From NCBI GenBank assembly GCA_963719085.1, contig CAVRAL010000001.1:960001-1024000 (forward strand): a DNA stretch of 64,000 nt, read 5' to 3'. Under the pieces are notes generated by a model that saw nothing but the letters and a program-made list of their open reading frames with translations, was not told where the DNA came from and did not search any database. The DNA is from a candidate division FCPU426 bacterium. GTDB taxonomy: Bacteria > Oederibacteriota > Muellerivitia > Muellerivitales > Muellerivitaceae. Shown piece after piece: positions 41,166 through 53,041 of this stretch. Made by a program: the position numbers and the translations under genes. How positions within the stretch are numbered: position 1 is the stretch's first letter; each line of letters begins with the position of its first letter.

Positions 41166-42017
41166 TTATTTGTCGCGGAAAACGCCGATTTGTCGGAACT
41201 TCTCGTAGCGTTGCTTTTCAAGGGCTTCAGGCGAGAGTTTAACGAGGGCCTTCAAATTTCGCACCAGCGCGGTCTTCAGATTACGGGCCGATTTGTCCCA
41301 ATCCAAGTGCGCGCCGCCGGCGGGTTCCGGCACAATTTCCTCCACGATCTTGAAGCGAAGGAGGTCTTCCGCCGAGGGCTTCAATACTTCCGCGGCTTGC
41401 TGGACCATTTCGCGGTCATTCCAAAGGATGGCCGCGCAGCCTTCGGGGGAAATCACCGAGTACCAGGCGTTTTCCATCATGAGCACTTTATTGGCCACAC
41501 CAATGCCTAAGGCTCCGCCGCTTCCACCCTCGCCCAAAATGACCGCGACGATGGGCACCCGTAGTTTGGCCATTTCCAAAAGATTACGGGCGATAGCTTC
41601 CGCCTGGCCCCGCTCCTCGGCGCCCAACCCCGGATAAGCGCCCGCCGTGTCGATGAAGGTGATAACGGGCTTGTTAAACTTTTCAGCCAATTTCATAATC
41701 CGAAGGGCCTTGCGGTAGCCCTCGGGATGCGGCATGCCGAAATTACGGCGCAAATTTTCTTTGGTATCGTGGCCCTTTTGTTGGCCGATCACCGCCACCG
41801 GTTGGTTTTCAATAAAAGCGAACCCGCCCAAGGTGGATAAGTCATCACCAAAGGCCCGGTCTCCGTGGATCTCGAGAAAATCGGTGAAAATCAGCCGGGT
41901 ATAGTCGGACGCGTTGGGCCTTTGAGGATGACGGGCCAACTGGACCTTTTCCCAGGGGGTCAGCTTTCCCGGGGTCTTTTTGGGGGCTGGTTTCACGCTA
42001 TTTTTTTGGTCTTTCAT
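41166..42017 (-). CDS. accA: Acetyl-CoA carboxylase carboxyltransferase alpha subunit
   Basis: [44 protein letters not shown]. Confidence 0.97.
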   Translation of the reverse strand: MKDQKNSVKPAPKKTPGKLTPWEKVQLARHPQRPNASDYTRLIFTDFLEIHGDRAFGDDLSTLGGFAFIENQPVAVIGQQKGHDTKENLRRNFGMPHPEGYRKALRIMKLAEKFNKPVITFIDTAGAYPGLGAEERGQAEAIARNLLEMAKLRVPIVAVILGEGGSGGALGIGVANKVLMMENAWYSVISPEGCAAILWNDREMVQQAAEVLKPSAEDLLRFKIVEEIVPEPAGGAHLDWDKSARNLKTALVRNLKALVKLSPEALEKQRYEKFRQIGVFRDK

Positions 42018-42137
42018 GAAAAGCGACGCCTTTCCGGATCAAAAATGAGGGCTCATTATAAGCGGGTTTAAGCGGGTGCCGCAACTCGCAACTTATTGTT
42101 AAGGCCTTTGTGGTTTAGGGATGGAAATTTGAATCGC

Positions 42138-44378
42138 TTAAGCTAGCGGGACATCAAGCCAAATGGACGAGAGGGGTGGCAGTTCAACCACCGCCGAATG
42201 GGACAAACCATGCCAGGGATGCGATTGCGCGTGGACGCCGCCGCCGTTTCCAAAATTACTTCCGCCGTAATGGCTCGAATCGGTATTGAGGATTTCCGGG
42301 TAATAGCCCTCCCGGGGCAATCCCACCCGGTAGCCCGGACGGATGACGGGTGAAAAATTGCAAATACAAATAAGCCGCTTGCCGGAAGCCGGGGCGGTGC
42401 GCATAAAGGCCACCACATTGTCATCGGCGTTGCTCGCGTCAATCCACTGAAAGCCGGCGGGCTCCACATCCGCCTCAAATAATTGCGGGAGGCTTTTGTA
42501 AAGCCGGTTCAAATCCTTCATCAAATCCTGCAGGCGCCAATGATCCGCCCATTGGGTCAGATGCCAATCCAAACTGCGCGAATGCGACCATTCGCTGAAT
42601 TGACCGAACTCACAGCCCATAAACAATAATTTTTTCCCCGGATGGGCCCACATGTAGGCCAATAGCGCGCGCATATTGGCGAACTTTTGCCAACGGTCGC
42701 CCGGCAGTTTGTCGATCAAAGATCCTTTTCCGTGCACCACCTCATCATGGGAAATGGGCAGCACAAAATTCTCGCTCCAAGCGTAGAGGAATCCAAAAGT
42801 TAAATTGTTGTGGTGATAGCGGCGATGGATGGGGTCCCGGCTGAAATAATGCAGGGTGTCATGCATCCATCCCATGTTCCACTTGAAACCAAACCCCAAG
42901 CCACCCGTATAGGTCGGACGGCTGACGCCCGGCCAGGCCGTGGATTCTTCCGCGATCATGAGGGTGCCGGGATATTTGGCGTAAACCACCTCATTCAGTT
43001 TTTTCAGAAATTGAATGGCTTCGAGATTTTCATTGCCGCCATGGATATTGGGAACCCATTCCCCTTCCTTACGGCTGTAGTCCAGGTAAAGCATGGAAGC
43101 CACGGCGTCCAGACGCAACCCGTCGATATGGAACTCCGAGATCCAGTAGAGGGCGTTGGACAAAAGAAAATTTTTCACTTCGTTGCGGCCGAAGTTAAAG
43201 ACATAAGTGCCCCAATCCGGATGCTCGCCTTGGCGGGGGTCCAAATGCTCATAAAGGGCGGTGCCGTCAAAGCGGCCCAGCGCGAACGCGTCTTTGGGAA
43301 AATGGGCGGGCACCCAATCCAAAATGACGCCGATTCCATTTTGATGAAGGGTATCGACCAAATATTTAAAATCGTCAGGGCCCCCAAACCGCGCCGTGGG
43401 GGCAAAATAAGCCGAGACTTGGTATCCCCAGGAGCCGCCAAAAGGATGTTCCATGATGGGCATGAGCTCCACGTGCGTGAAACCCATTTCTTTCACATAC
43501 TCGGTCAATTCGCCGGCCAGCTCCCGATAGGTCAGGGGACGGTCCCCTTCTTCCGGTACATGCCGCCAGGATTCCAAATGCAGTTCGTAAATCGACAAGG
43601 GTGATTTGAGCGCGTCCTGGAATTTTATTTTTTCAGTCCAAGCTTGGTCTTTAAAGTGGTATTGGGTCTGGTAAAGCACCGAAGCGGTCAGGGGCGGGCA
43701 TTCGGTGGCGAAGGCGTAAGGATCGGCTTTTAAAAGATGACCGCCGCCATGGGTGTGGATTTCATATTTATAGCGTTGTCCGGCTTTGAGGCCCGGAATG
43801 AAGATTTCCCAGATGCCCGAGGAGCCCAGGCACCGCATGGGATGGAGCCGGCCGTCCCACGAATTGAAATCCCCCACCACGCTCACGGACCGCGCGCCGG
43901 GCGCCCAAACCGCAAAGGCCGCCCCGTCCACGCCCTGCCATTCCTTCAGATGGGCGCCCATGCGCTCATAAAGATTCTCATGGGTGCCTTCGCCCAAAAG
44001 GTAAAGGTCCATCTCGCCCAAGGTGGGCCAAAATGAGAAAGGATCCCAATAGCGAAACTGGTTTCCATCCGGATATTGGGCTTCCACTTCGTAAGGTTCC
44101 AGCCTTTGGAGCCCCAAGAAAAGCTTCTCGAACAAACCGCTTTCATGGGTCTTCTCCAGTTTTTCCCACTTGGCTTTTCCGATGGAGACCCTAACTTCCA
44201 GAGCGCCGGGCCTAAAAACCCGGATCACCGCGCCCTTGGGCGCCGGGTGGATGCCTAAAAAGGAATGGGGATCGCCGTGGTTCAAGTGAAGGAGTTTTTG
44301 AAGCTCATTCGACACCGAGGGCGCGGGAGCCGATTTTTTAACCGGCGACTTTTTGCGCGGCTGCGACTTAGATGCCAT
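42138..44378 (-). CDS. glgB: 1,4-alpha-glucan branching enzyme (GH13)
   Basis: [42 protein letters not shown]. Confidence 0.97.
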   Translation of the reverse strand: MASKSQPRKKSPVKKSAPAPSVSNELQKLLHLNHGDPHSFLGIHPAPKGAVIRVFRPGALEVRVSIGKAKWEKLEKTHESGLFEKLFLGLQRLEPYEVEAQYPDGNQFRYWDPFSFWPTLGEMDLYLLGEGTHENLYERMGAHLKEWQGVDGAAFAVWAPGARSVSVVGDFNSWDGRLHPMRCLGSSGIWEIFIPGLKAGQRYKYEIHTHGGGHLLKADPYAFATECPPLTASVLYQTQYHFKDQAWTEKIKFQDALKSPLSIYELHLESWRHVPEEGDRPLTYRELAGELTEYVKEMGFTHVELMPIMEHPFGGSWGYQVSAYFAPTARFGGPDDFKYLVDTLHQNGIGVILDWVPAHFPKDAFALGRFDGTALYEHLDPRQGEHPDWGTYVFNFGRNEVKNFLLSNALYWISEFHIDGLRLDAVASMLYLDYSRKEGEWVPNIHGGNENLEAIQFLKKLNEVVYAKYPGTLMIAEESTAWPGVSRPTYTGGLGFGFKWNMGWMHDTLHYFSRDPIHRRYHHNNLTFGFLYAWSENFVLPISHDEVVHGKGSLIDKLPGDRWQKFANMRALLAYMWAHPGKKLLFMGCEFGQFSEWSHSRSLDWHLTQWADHWRLQDLMKDLNRLYKSLPQLFEADVEPAGFQWIDASNADDNVVAFMRTAPASGKRLICICNFSPVIRPGYRVGLPREGYYPEILNTDSSHYGGSNFGNGGGVHAQSHPWHGLSHSAVVELPPLSSIWLDVPLA

Positions 44379-44389
44379 GATGCCTCGGT

Positions 44390-46846
44390 TTAAACGGCGG
44401 CGGGAATCGCCTTCCGTCTTTCGTTATTTTTCAACAAGAGCAAGTCCGTCCGCATATCGAGCAAATCGCTCAACTCCGCCATCTTGGGAAAAGCCGCGGA
44501 GTTTTCAGCGGCCCCGTAAACCGCTTCCTGCGCCAAATAAAGGTTGGAGTCCAACCCCAGCTTTTTAGCCAACTGGACGACCGCCAAAGCCGCCTTAATA
44601 TTCTCATCGGTGGGATTGGCCACGGACGATTCCACAATCTCGGTGATCAAATTCCGGAAGGTGTGTTCCGCCACGAAACGGTCAATTTGATAACCATGCT
44701 GGGTCACGTCATCCGCCAAAGCCAAAAGATTTTGATAGGCCAGCGAATCCTTGAACCATTCCTTCTTTTGAATCTCTTCCTCGAAAATCCGTCCGAAGGT
44801 GAACTCGGCCGCGGCCCGGATTTCCCGGGGTAATTCAAACCCGACCGACTGGAGCATTTCCAGGTTCCGTCGGTTGTCCTCATACAAACGCACGTATTGC
44901 TCGGAGAAATGTTCCACCAGGCTGCCGAACACCTTCCGGAATATCTTCTGGCGGCTCTCCGGAAGCAATTGTTCCACACTGAGTTCCTGGGGTCCGAACT
45001 CTTCCTGCATCAACCGAAGCAGCTTGGGCAAAGAAACGGTGTAGAACTGGCCCCAAAGTTTTTTGACCGATTTTTGGAAATTTTCGGCCCGCAAATAAGG
45101 ACGCACGGCCCCGTAAAAATCGATCCCTCCCAAGTGGAGCCCGGCGAAAGCGTACCGAAAATGCTGGCGGGTCATGGTTTGCTCCAATAAGACATGGCCC
45201 GTGACGAGCGCGAACCGGCCATGTTCTTCCCGGCGCACATCCGCCAATTCGTATAGAAACCCCCCGGCCTCGGCCCTTTCGGGCAAATGTTCCTCCACCA
45301 AATAGGACATGGCCAAATGGGCCACCACGCCCTCGGGCGCGACCCGGCTGGGTTCGGCGAATTTATGGAAAATATCGGCCGCGTTGCCAAACTCCGGAAT
45401 GTTGCTCTGGGCCTGGGAAAGGATTTCCAAAAACTCGGATTCGGGCGATTCGTAGCCAAGCGACTCCAAAAGGTCGAATATTTGAGCCGCGTATTTCAAA
45501 ACCTGGACCGTCTCAATTCCGGAAACCTCGGTGAAAAACCATCCGCAGCTGGTGTACATCAGCATGGCGCTTCGTTGGATTTCAAGTTGGGTCAGGGCCC
45601 GCACGATTTCCAAGTCGGTCAAGGTTTTTCCCGCGTGCTTTTCCAAAAATTCTTTTCGGGAAAGCGCGGGGTCTAGCAGAAGGTCGATATAGTCGTCGCG
45701 GGTTTTCCAAGGATCGATAAAAAGCTTCCCTTTTTCATCCTCAAAGTAGCCTGAAACCTTGTCCCGCAATAAATCAAAAGCTTTGCGCAAAGGTCCCCGC
45801 CAGGCCTGCTGCCAGCCTTCCCGGCCCCCGGTTTGACAGCCGCAATCCCTGAACCAGCGGCCCACCCCATGGGCGCAACTCCAGGATGTGCCCAGACCGT
45901 CCTCACCGAGCTTAATTTCCACTTCCATCGTGGGAGGGTGCTTTTCCAGGAACGCGCCGTAGTTGGTGACCCAATAATCCCGGCGGGGCGCCTCGACCGC
46001 CAAAGCATAGGCCAAGCTTCGATCGCCGAACTTGGTGTGATGTCCGTAAGACTCCCCGTCGGTAGCGGCCTGGATGACCCGGCCTTCCCCGCCTCCGGCG
46101 CGGGAAATCCGGTCAATGAGGGTTTGGCTTGAGATCAGGGCCCCCTCAAAGGCGATGGAGCGGGCGATGGCCATGTCATAAAAGAAAATATCGATATGAC
46201 GGCCTGAGCCGTCCCGGTGGAAATAACGATAAGCCATTCCCGGATCGATCGATCCATTGGAAACATTGTGCCAATCCCCACCGCTTAAGGGACGGACCCG
46301 CTCGGCTTGATCCGGGGATAAAAGGACATAGGAAAGCCCCTCATCGATCAAAGTGCTTAAGGTGGCGTCATTGCAGGCGGTTTCCGGAAGCCAAAGCGAT
46401 TCCGGATCGCGCTTAAAGCGGGACTTAAAATCCGCGATGCCCCACTTCACCTGGGTCACCCGGTCCTTTTCATTACAAAGCGGCAGGATGGTGTGGTTGT
46501 AGCCTTGGGCGATGGCGTTGCCGTGGCCGTTATTTTTGACCAGACTTTCCCGGTCCGCTTCCAAAATACGGCGGTAGGTGTTGGGATGGTACTTTTCCAC
46601 CCAACTCATCAGCGTCGGCCCCATATTGAAGCTGATCTGGCTGTAATTATCGATGATGCTCTCAATCCGCCCGCTCTTGAGGTCGATAACCCGGGCAAAA
46701 GCGTTGGGACGGTAGCATTCGTAATAAATGCGCTCATTCCAATTGGGAAAGGGTTGGGCGCTGGGCTGGTCGTCAATGAGGCCGGTCCAGGGATTTTCCC
46801 GGGGCGGCTGATAAAAATGTCCATGAATAATAAGGGCGGTTGCCAT
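44390..46846 (-). CDS. GH57-family glycoside hydrolase with DUF3536 domain
   Basis: [53 protein letters not shown]. Confidence 0.9.
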   Translation of the reverse strand: MATALIIHGHFYQPPRENPWTGLIDDQPSAQPFPNWNERIYYECYRPNAFARVIDLKSGRIESIIDNYSQISFNMGPTLMSWVEKYHPNTYRRILEADRESLVKNNGHGNAIAQGYNHTILPLCNEKDRVTQVKWGIADFKSRFKRDPESLWLPETACNDATLSTLIDEGLSYVLLSPDQAERVRPLSGGDWHNVSNGSIDPGMAYRYFHRDGSGRHIDIFFYDMAIARSIAFEGALISSQTLIDRISRAGGGEGRVIQAATDGESYGHHTKFGDRSLAYALAVEAPRRDYWVTNYGAFLEKHPPTMEVEIKLGEDGLGTSWSCAHGVGRWFRDCGCQTGGREGWQQAWRGPLRKAFDLLRDKVSGYFEDEKGKLFIDPWKTRDDYIDLLLDPALSRKEFLEKHAGKTLTDLEIVRALTQLEIQRSAMLMYTSCGWFFTEVSGIETVQVLKYAAQIFDLLESLGYESPESEFLEILSQAQSNIPEFGNAADIFHKFAEPSRVAPEGVVAHLAMSYLVEEHLPERAEAGGFLYELADVRREEHGRFALVTGHVLLEQTMTRQHFRYAFAGLHLGGIDFYGAVRPYLRAENFQKSVKKLWGQFYTVSLPKLLRLMQEEFGPQELSVEQLLPESRQKIFRKVFGSLVEHFSEQYVRLYEDNRRNLEMLQSVGFELPREIRAAAEFTFGRIFEEEIQKKEWFKDSLAYQNLLALADDVTQHGYQIDRFVAEHTFRNLITEIVESSVANPTDENIKAALAVVQLAKKLGLDSNLYLAQEAVYGAAENSAAFPKMAELSDLLDMRTDLLLLKNNERRKAIPAAV

Positions 46847-46927
46847 TCAAGCCTCGAAAAGCGGGAGTGAAGAAGGCCCTATTCTGCCGGGTGGGACCCG
46901 CTAATTCAAACCGAAAATAGGCGTTTT

Positions 46928-48226
46928 TTAGGCCAAGTCCTGGATCATGCCGGCGGCGACCGTGTTATTGGTCAATTCGTCAATCAAAATGAAACTTCCC
47001 GTTCCCCGGTTTCGGGAATAAGGATCGAAACAAATGGGCTTCAAGGTTTGAATTTCCACCTCAGCGATGTCATTGAGATTCAATTGTTCGGCCGTGTTTT
47101 TGTTCATCGTCTTCATATCCCGAACCCAGCGAATGCCGTCAATCATGGCTTTCACCTCGCCGGTCCCCAATTTTAAAAGATACTTTTTCCTCAAAGCCAT
47201 CTGTTCCTTCACCATCCAACAAAGCTTGGCGGAAAAATGTTTACCGGTCTTCGGCTCATTCCCCGGGTAAACCAGCATATCCCCGCGGGAAATGTCGATT
47301 TCAGTTTCAAGCCGCAGGGTCACGCAAGAAGGCGGCCAGGCCTCCTCGAGCTCGCCGTCAAAAGTATCGATCGATTTAATGGTCGAAACCGCTCCCGAAG
47401 GAAGCGCCATGATCTTCTGTCCCTTTTTCGCCACGCCCGAAACCACTTTCCCGGCGAAACCCCGGTAATCCAAATTAGGCCTCAAAACAATTTGCACCGG
47501 GAAACGGAAATCCTCAAGATTGCGGTCTTTGGAAATTTCAACCGTTTCCAAATACTCCAGCAATGACTTCCCCTGGTACCAGGGCATGGCGGCGCTTTTC
47601 ACCGTCACGTTGTCCCCTTTCAAGGCCGACAAAGGAATAAACTCAAGATTCTTCATCGACGGGGGAGCCGGGTTCTCATCCGCCAATTGTTTAAAAAACG
47701 CGGTGTATTCTTTTTTAATCTCCTCAAACTTCGCCTCGCTGAATTCAACCAAATCCATTTTGTTGACCGCCACCACGATATGGGGAATGCCCAAAAGTTT
47801 GGCGATATAGCCATGGCGTTTGGACTGGATCATGACCCCGTTGCGGGCGTCAATCAAGATGATGGCTAAATCCGCGGTCGAGGCCCCCGTCACCATGTTG
47901 CGGGTGTACTGCTCGTGGCCCGGGGTGTCGGCGATGATGAACTTGCGCTTGGCCGTGACGAAATAACGGTAGGCCACGTCAATGGTGATCCCTTGCTCGC
48001 GCTCCGCGGAAAGCCCATCGGTGATCAAGGCGAAATCGATGTCTTCGCCTCCCTTTTTTTCCGTGGTGCGGCGGATCGCCTCCAATTGGTCCTCAAAGAC
48101 TCCCTTGGAATCATAAAGAAGACGTCCGATGAGGGTTGACTTGCCGTCGTCCACGCTGCCCGCAGTGGTAAACCGGAGCAAATCCATCTTTTCGTAATTG
48201 AGGAGGGTTTTGGCTTCGAGGGTCAA
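46928..48226 (-). CDS. cysN: Sulfate adenylyltransferase subunit 1 (GTPase), no CysC domain
   Basis: [39 protein letters not shown] start at 48226 inferred (overlaps the natural cysD stop; AAGGAAGG upstream). Confidence 0.92.
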   Translation of the reverse strand: MTLEAKTLLNYEKMDLLRFTTAGSVDDGKSTLIGRLLYDSKGVFEDQLEAIRRTTEKKGGEDIDFALITDGLSAEREQGITIDVAYRYFVTAKRKFIIADTPGHEQYTRNMVTGASTADLAIILIDARNGVMIQSKRHGYIAKLLGIPHIVVAVNKMDLVEFSEAKFEEIKKEYTAFFKQLADENPAPPSMKNLEFIPLSALKGDNVTVKSAAMPWYQGKSLLEYLETVEISKDRNLEDFRFPVQIVLRPNLDYRGFAGKVVSGVAKKGQKIMALPSGAVSTIKSIDTFDGELEEAWPPSCVTLRLETEIDISRGDMLVYPGNEPKTGKHFSAKLCWMVKEQMALRKKYLLKLGTGEVKAMIDGIRWVRDMKTMNKNTAEQLNLNDIAEVEIQTLKPICFDPYSRNRGTGSFILIDELTNNTVAAGMIQDLA

Positions 48227-49147
48227 AAGTAACCTTCCTTTTTCTTTTGTTCCATCGAGTCTGTCGGAGCCGTGGTCGATGATCCGGTTTTCCCGTTCGC
48301 TTTTGCGGGTGGTGATCAGATCCTCGATAATCCCCCTAAGGTCCGTCACTTCCTTATCCGACTGCACCGCGCCCGTACAGGACATACAGCCTAAAGACCT
48401 AAAACGCACCCGCATGTCTTTGACTTCATCCCCGGGCAAAATCGGGATGTGGGAAACAAAAGGAATCAGCAGGTTTTTGCGTTGGATAATCTTACGGGTG
48501 TGGGTGAAATAAATCGGGACCACGGGAATATTTTCCATCTCGATATAAAGCCAAATATCCAGTTCGGTCCAATTGGACAAGGGGAATACCCGGATCGACT
48601 CGCTCTCGTTGATCTTGGAGTTGTAAAGGTCCCATAATTCGGGTCTTTGGTTTTTAGGATCCCATTGTCCAAAGGCGTCCCGGAAGGAGTAAACCCGTTC
48701 CTTGGCCCGCGATTTTTCCTCTTCCCGCCGCGCCCCGCCGAAAGCCGCGTCAAAACCATGCTTCCCCAGCCCGTCCAATAATCCTTGGGTTTTTAAAAGT
48801 CCGCAGCATTTTTGAACGCCATATTTAAAGGGGCTGGATCCGCCGGCAATGGCTTCCTCGTTACGTTCCACAAGGAGTTTGGCCCCGATTTCCTTGACCA
48901 GCTTGTCCCGGAACTCGTACATTTCGGGGAATTTATAGCCTGTGTCCACGTGGAGCAGCGGAAAAGGGATCTTGCCGGGGAAAAAGGCCTTTTGGGCCAG
49001 CCGCAGCATGACACTGGAGTCCTTGCCGACCGAATAAAGCATGACCGGGTTTTTAAATTCCGCCACGACTTCACGGATAATGAAGATACTTTCCGCTTCC
49101 AACTGACGAAGATGGGATAGGGTTTGAGATTGGGCGGCCGTTGACAT
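48223..49147 (-). CDS. cysD: Sulfate adenylyltransferase subunit 2; a single extra base near 48260 runs the frame into cysN as sequenced
   Basis: [40 protein letters not shown]; canonical [11 protein letters not shown] lies in the shifted frame. Confidence 0.9.
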
Positions 49148-49369
49148 TTTTTCCTCAAAAGCGATTTGAGCTCATTGTTGGACTTTCAGCTAAAAACGTC
49201 CAGGGGGCGGCCAAAAGCCCAACAAAAATACTATGTTTCGGGGTCAAACTCAATGCCAAAGAAGCCACCAAGACATTTGCCACAGATGTCCCGTGGCTCC
49301 CTATAAGTGTCAAGGATGCCCGGGACGATGCCGCTCCCCCTTAACTTTGATATGGAGGAGCGGCGCGCA

Positions 49370-49506
49370 CACAGATCAATACTGATGAACACAGATGAGG
49401 AAAATCTTTAATTTAAAGGCTCGGACGGCGAAAAACGACTTTTGAGGAAAAACTTTCTTTGCGTCCTTAGAAAATCTTCATCCGTGTTCATCAGTGTGCA
49501 TCTGTG
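49370..49506. repeat. Inverted-repeat element related to the GATGAAC.CAGAT family
   Basis: CACAGATCAATACTGATGAACACAGATGA versus the reverse complement of TCATCCGTGTTCATCAGTGTGCATCTGTG. Confidence 0.7.
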
Positions 49507-49538
49507 GATAAAAAAGGTTTCGGCTTTTAGCTTTGGTT

Positions 49539-50579
49539 TTAAAGCGGAAAAACGTGGAAGGCGGTGATAGCGGCGTAGACTTCCTGGTTTTCCTTGAAGC
49601 CGCTGGCCAGGGCCACGCCCTTGGGCAGTTGGGCCGAGATGATCTTATCCTCACCGATATCGAGTTTGTACTCGATGACGGTCCCCTTGAAACGGGTTTG
49701 GACAATCTTTGCCTTGACCTGCAGGGTCTCAAAGGACTCGGTCACATAAACATCGTTGGGCCTGAAATAGATCCGGATTTTTTGCTTCACTTGAAATCCC
49801 CGGCTGATGGGGAACCGGAAAGGCCCCCAGATGGCCAAACCCGGCTCGGCGATTTCGGTGTCGATAAAATTGGTTTCCCCCACGAATTGGGCGATGAAAT
49901 GGGTCGCGGGCTCATCAAAAATTTGAATCGGTGTTCCGTCCTGCTCGATCTCGCCGTGATTCATAATGAGGATCCGGCTGGCCACTTCCAACGCCTCGTG
50001 CTGGTCATGGGTCACGAAAAGGGTGGTCACCCGGCTTTGCTCATGCAGTTTTAAAAGCCAGTCCCGCAATTCTTCTCTCACCTTGGCGTCCAACGCGCCG
50101 AAGGGTTCATCCAACAAAAGCACCTCGGGCCGGGGCGCCAGAGCCCGTGCCACGGCCACCCTTTGGCGCTGTCCCCCCGACAATTGGGAAGGATAACGCC
50201 TCTCGTATCCGGTCAATTGAATGAGGTTTAAAAGCTCATAAACCCGGTTTTTCACCTCGGCCTCCGGCGTCTTGCGCACCCGAAGACCGAAGGCGATGTT
50301 CTCGAAAATGCTCATGTGTTTAAACAACGCGTAATGCTGGAACACAAAACCCACATTCCGTTCTTTGGCCGAAACGTAAGTGGCTTCCCGTCCCGTCAAA
50401 TGGATCTCACCCGAATCCGGCACCTCAAGCCCGGCGATCATGCGCAGTAAGGTGCTTTTGCCCGAACCCGAAGGGCCCAGCAAGGCGACCAGCGACCCGG
50501 TCTCCAGCTTCAGGCTGATGTCCTTCACCGCCTGAAACTTGTTGAAGGTTTTGCTTAAGTTCCGGACCTCAATACTCAT
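49539..50579 (-). CDS. cysA: Sulfate/thiosulfate ABC transporter ATP-binding protein
   Basis: GPSGSGKST, VFQHYALF, LSGGQRQR, DEPFGALD, TOBE-like tail. Confidence 0.95.
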   Translation of the reverse strand: MSIEVRNLSKTFNKFQAVKDISLKLETGSLVALLGPSGSGKSTLLRMIAGLEVPDSGEIHLTGREATYVSAKERNVGFVFQHYALFKHMSIFENIAFGLRVRKTPEAEVKNRVYELLNLIQLTGYERRYPSQLSGGQRQRVAVARALAPRPEVLLLDEPFGALDAKVREELRDWLLKLHEQSRVTTLFVTHDQHEALEVASRILIMNHGEIEQDGTPIQIFDEPATHFIAQFVGETNFIDTEIAEPGLAIWGPFRFPISRGFQVKQKIRIYFRPNDVYVTESFETLQVKAKIVQTRFKGTVIEYKLDIGEDKIISAQLPKGVALASGFKENQEVYAAITAFHVFPL

Positions 50580-51490
50580 AAGATGCCCTCTTGTGTTATG
50601 GATAAATTGGACAGCTCACGTTCCCGATCGACCCGGGCTTCCACAAAGCTTTTGGCGACCAAGGTCACCAGCGCGAGAAAAGCCAAAAGCGACGCGGCGG
50701 CGAAGGCCGCGGTAAAGTCATACTCGTTATAGAGAATCTCCACGTGCAAGGGCAGGGTATTGGTCAAACCCCGGATATGGCCCGACACCACCGATACGGC
50801 GCCAAACTCGCCCATGGCCCTGGCGTTACAAAGAATGACTCCATAGAGAAGCCCCCATTGAATATTAGGAACCGTGATAAGGCGGAATATTTGCCAACCG
50901 CTGGCCCCCAGCACCATGCCGGCTTCTTCCTCATCCGAGCCTTGTTCTTCCATGAGCGGAATCAATTCCCGGGAAACGAAAGGAAAGGTCACGAAAATCG
51001 TGGCCAGAATGATCCCCAGCGGCGCGAAAATGATCTGAATGTTGTGGTCCTTGAGCCAATGGCCCATCAAACCCTGGAGCCCGAATAACAGCACAAAAAC
51101 CAAACCCGAGATGACCGGGGATACCGTGAAGGGGATGTCCACCAGGGTAATCAGGAGGTTTTTTCCCGGAAAACGAAAGCGGGTAATGGCCCAAGCCGCG
51201 GCCAACCCGAACAAAGTATTTAGAAGCACCGAAAAGAAGGCCGTGATCAGCGTCAAGCGGATGGCCGAAATGGCGGCCGGGTCGGTAACCGCTTGAAAGT
51301 AGTAGCCAATTCCCTTTTCAAAGGCCGTGCAAAAAACCACCCCCAGCGGCAAAAGCAAAAAAAGTCCCAGAAATAAAAGGGAGATCCCAATCAAAATAAA
51401 CCGGACCCACTTGGGTTCGGTCAGGGCCGCCGCCGGATCGGCGACTTGCCCTTCCCTTCTTAAACTAACCAAAAGCACTTCCCGTTCCAT
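50576..51490 (-). CDS. cysW: Sulfate ABC transporter permease CysW
   Basis: VSPVISGL, FVTFPFVSRELIP, LCNARAMGEFGAVSVVSGHIRG. Confidence 0.95.
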   Translation of the reverse strand: MEREVLLVSLRREGQVADPAAALTEPKWVRFILIGISLLFLGLFLLLPLGVVFCTAFEKGIGYYFQAVTDPAAISAIRLTLITAFFSVLLNTLFGLAAAWAITRFRFPGKNLLITLVDIPFTVSPVISGLVFVLLFGLQGLMGHWLKDHNIQIIFAPLGIILATIFVTFPFVSRELIPLMEEQGSDEEEAGMVLGASGWQIFRLITVPNIQWGLLYGVILCNARAMGEFGAVSVVSGHIRGLTNTLPLHVEILYNEYDFTAAFAAASLLAFLALVTLVAKSFVEARVDRERELSNLSITQEGIL

Positions 51491-51497
51491 AAATCCC

Positions 51498-52340
51498 TCA
51501 GTGAATAACGCGGTGCTGGCCGATTTTCGATTGCAGCCAGTTAATCAGTAAAAGCAAACCAAAAGAAATCGTCAGCATCACCACGGCGATCGAAGTGGCC
51601 CCGGCGTAGTCATATTGTTCCAGCTTGGTCATGATCAGGAGCGGCGCGATCTCGGTTTTCATGGGCATATTGCCTGAGATGAAAACCACCGAGCCGTATT
51701 CCCCCACCGCCCGGGCGAAAGCCAAGGAGAAACCCGTGATCCAAGCCGGGGCCAAGGAAGGCAAAATCACCCGGCTCAAGGTTTGCCAGCGGGTCGCGCC
51801 CAGACTGACCGCGGCCTTTTCAATTTCCGGATCCAAAGATTCCAATACGGGTTGAAGCGTGCGTACCACAAAAGGCAGTCCAATAAAGGTCAGCGCCACT
51901 AAAATGCCCAAGGGCGTGTAATCCACCTGGATCCCGAGAGGAACCAGAAAGCGGCCGATCCAACCGTTCGGCGCGTAAACCGCGGTTAAGGCGATGCCCG
52001 CGACCGCCGTGGGAAGCGCGAAGGGAAGGTCCACCATGGCATCCACGATCCGCTTGCCCGGAAAGGAATAGCGCACCAATACCCAAGCCACCACCACCCC
52101 GAAAACGGAGTTGATCAAGGCCCCCAAAAAAGACACACCAAAGCTTAATTTATAAGAAGCCAATACCCGCGGGCTGGATACCTCTTGGACAAATTGGGCC
52201 CAGGTAATGGTGGTCGTCTTTAATATCAGCGCCCCGATCGGAATTAAAACAATGAGGCTTAAATAAGTGAGGGTGTAACCCATCGACAGCCCAAAGCCGG
52301 GCAAAACGCCGGTGGATTTGAAAATCGGTTTGGAGTTCAC
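51498..52340 (-). CDS. cysT: Sulfate ABC transporter permease CysT
   Basis: VLPGFGLS, VDLPFALPTAVAGI, GEYGSVVFISGNMP, KLEQYDY. Confidence 0.95.
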   Translation of the reverse strand: MNSKPIFKSTGVLPGFGLSMGYTLTYLSLIVLIPIGALILKTTTITWAQFVQEVSSPRVLASYKLSFGVSFLGALINSVFGVVVAWVLVRYSFPGKRIVDAMVDLPFALPTAVAGIALTAVYAPNGWIGRFLVPLGIQVDYTPLGILVALTFIGLPFVVRTLQPVLESLDPEIEKAAVSLGATRWQTLSRVILPSLAPAWITGFSLAFARAVGEYGSVVFISGNMPMKTEIAPLLIMTKLEQYDYAGATSIAVVMLTISFGLLLLINWLQSKIGQHRVIH

Positions 52341-52371
52341 GGATTAAAATTCCTCTTAATACTGCGGGGTT

Positions 52372-52653
52372 CTAAATCTCGCCGCTTTTGTCTTTCCACT
52401 CTTTGAGCAATTGCCGGATCGCCTCAACGGCCTCGGAGGCGTCCTCTCCCTCGGCCGAAAACTCCAGCACACTACCATAAATCGCCCCAATCGTTAATAA
52501 GTCGATCAAGTTCTTGGCGTTCACCGCGTAGCCGCTACCGTTCGAAACCAGTATTTTGCTTTTAAAACGGCTAACTACCTTCACGAGTTGCGCCCCGGCC
52601 CGCAAATGAATGCCCAGTTGATGGAGTACGGGTATCTTTAATTTCTTTTTCAT
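52372..52653 (-). CDS. HPr-family phosphocarrier protein (alternative in-frame start at 52794 adds 47 aa)
   Basis: GIHLRAGAQLVK...F.SKI (His15 region), VNAKNLIDLL (Ser46 position is Asn), AEGEDA.EA. Confidence 0.8.
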   Translation of the reverse strand: MKKKLKIPVLHQLGIHLRAGAQLVKVVSRFKSKILVSNGSGYAVNAKNLIDLLTIGAIYGSVLEFSAEGEDASEAVEAIRQLLKEWKDKSGEI

Positions 52654-52834
52654 GGCCTCATCCCCATTTAAGCCGCTCAAGACGACTAGTTTCGCCTTCT
52701 TGTCCCAATGTCCGCCTTTTTTCAACTTGTCCGGGCGCCAGCCCTGTTTCGGGATCTCAAAAAGAGGGTTGATGGTCGAATATTTAATCAACATCGTTTC
52801 CCCCTTCCTCAAATCCAGACTTTGGTTTTTCCAC

Positions 52835-53015
52835 AAAATAAAAACGCGGGAAAGCGTCCCTGTCCACTTCCCCGCGCCAGGCCTTTAGCCCTTACAGCCA
52901 CCAGGCATAAGCAGCTGTCTCATGCCTTGAACAAAAACTCGTCTCTCAATCGACGGCGGGACAGGCCCTCCGTCAAACACTCAGGACTAACGCTCAATCC
53001 GATCTGGCATGAGAC
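52835..53015 (-). promoter_or_regulatory. Unidentified structured leader RNA ending in an intrinsic terminator
   Basis: 10-bp stem GTCTCATGCC/GGCATGAGAC enclosing three hairpins; 12-bp terminator stem (52845-52876) followed by TTTTTATTTT. Confidence 0.55.
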
Positions 53016-53041
53016 GCTTTGACTCCTATTACACTCCAGTC

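Noticed and set aside
46928..49147. Single 739-aa CysDN fusion protein as a settled call
   Set aside because: The canonical CysD C-terminus and stop are intact in the shifted frame, so it is listed as two genes pending read inspection.
52880..52990. HPr leader as a SAM-I, fluoride or sixth SAM-II-like riboswitch
   Set aside because: Only fragments resemble them (GGAGGGCCTGTCCCG, GCTAAAG); SAM-I GCAAC, fluoride GAUG/UAAUG and the CTTT/TTGC core are absent.
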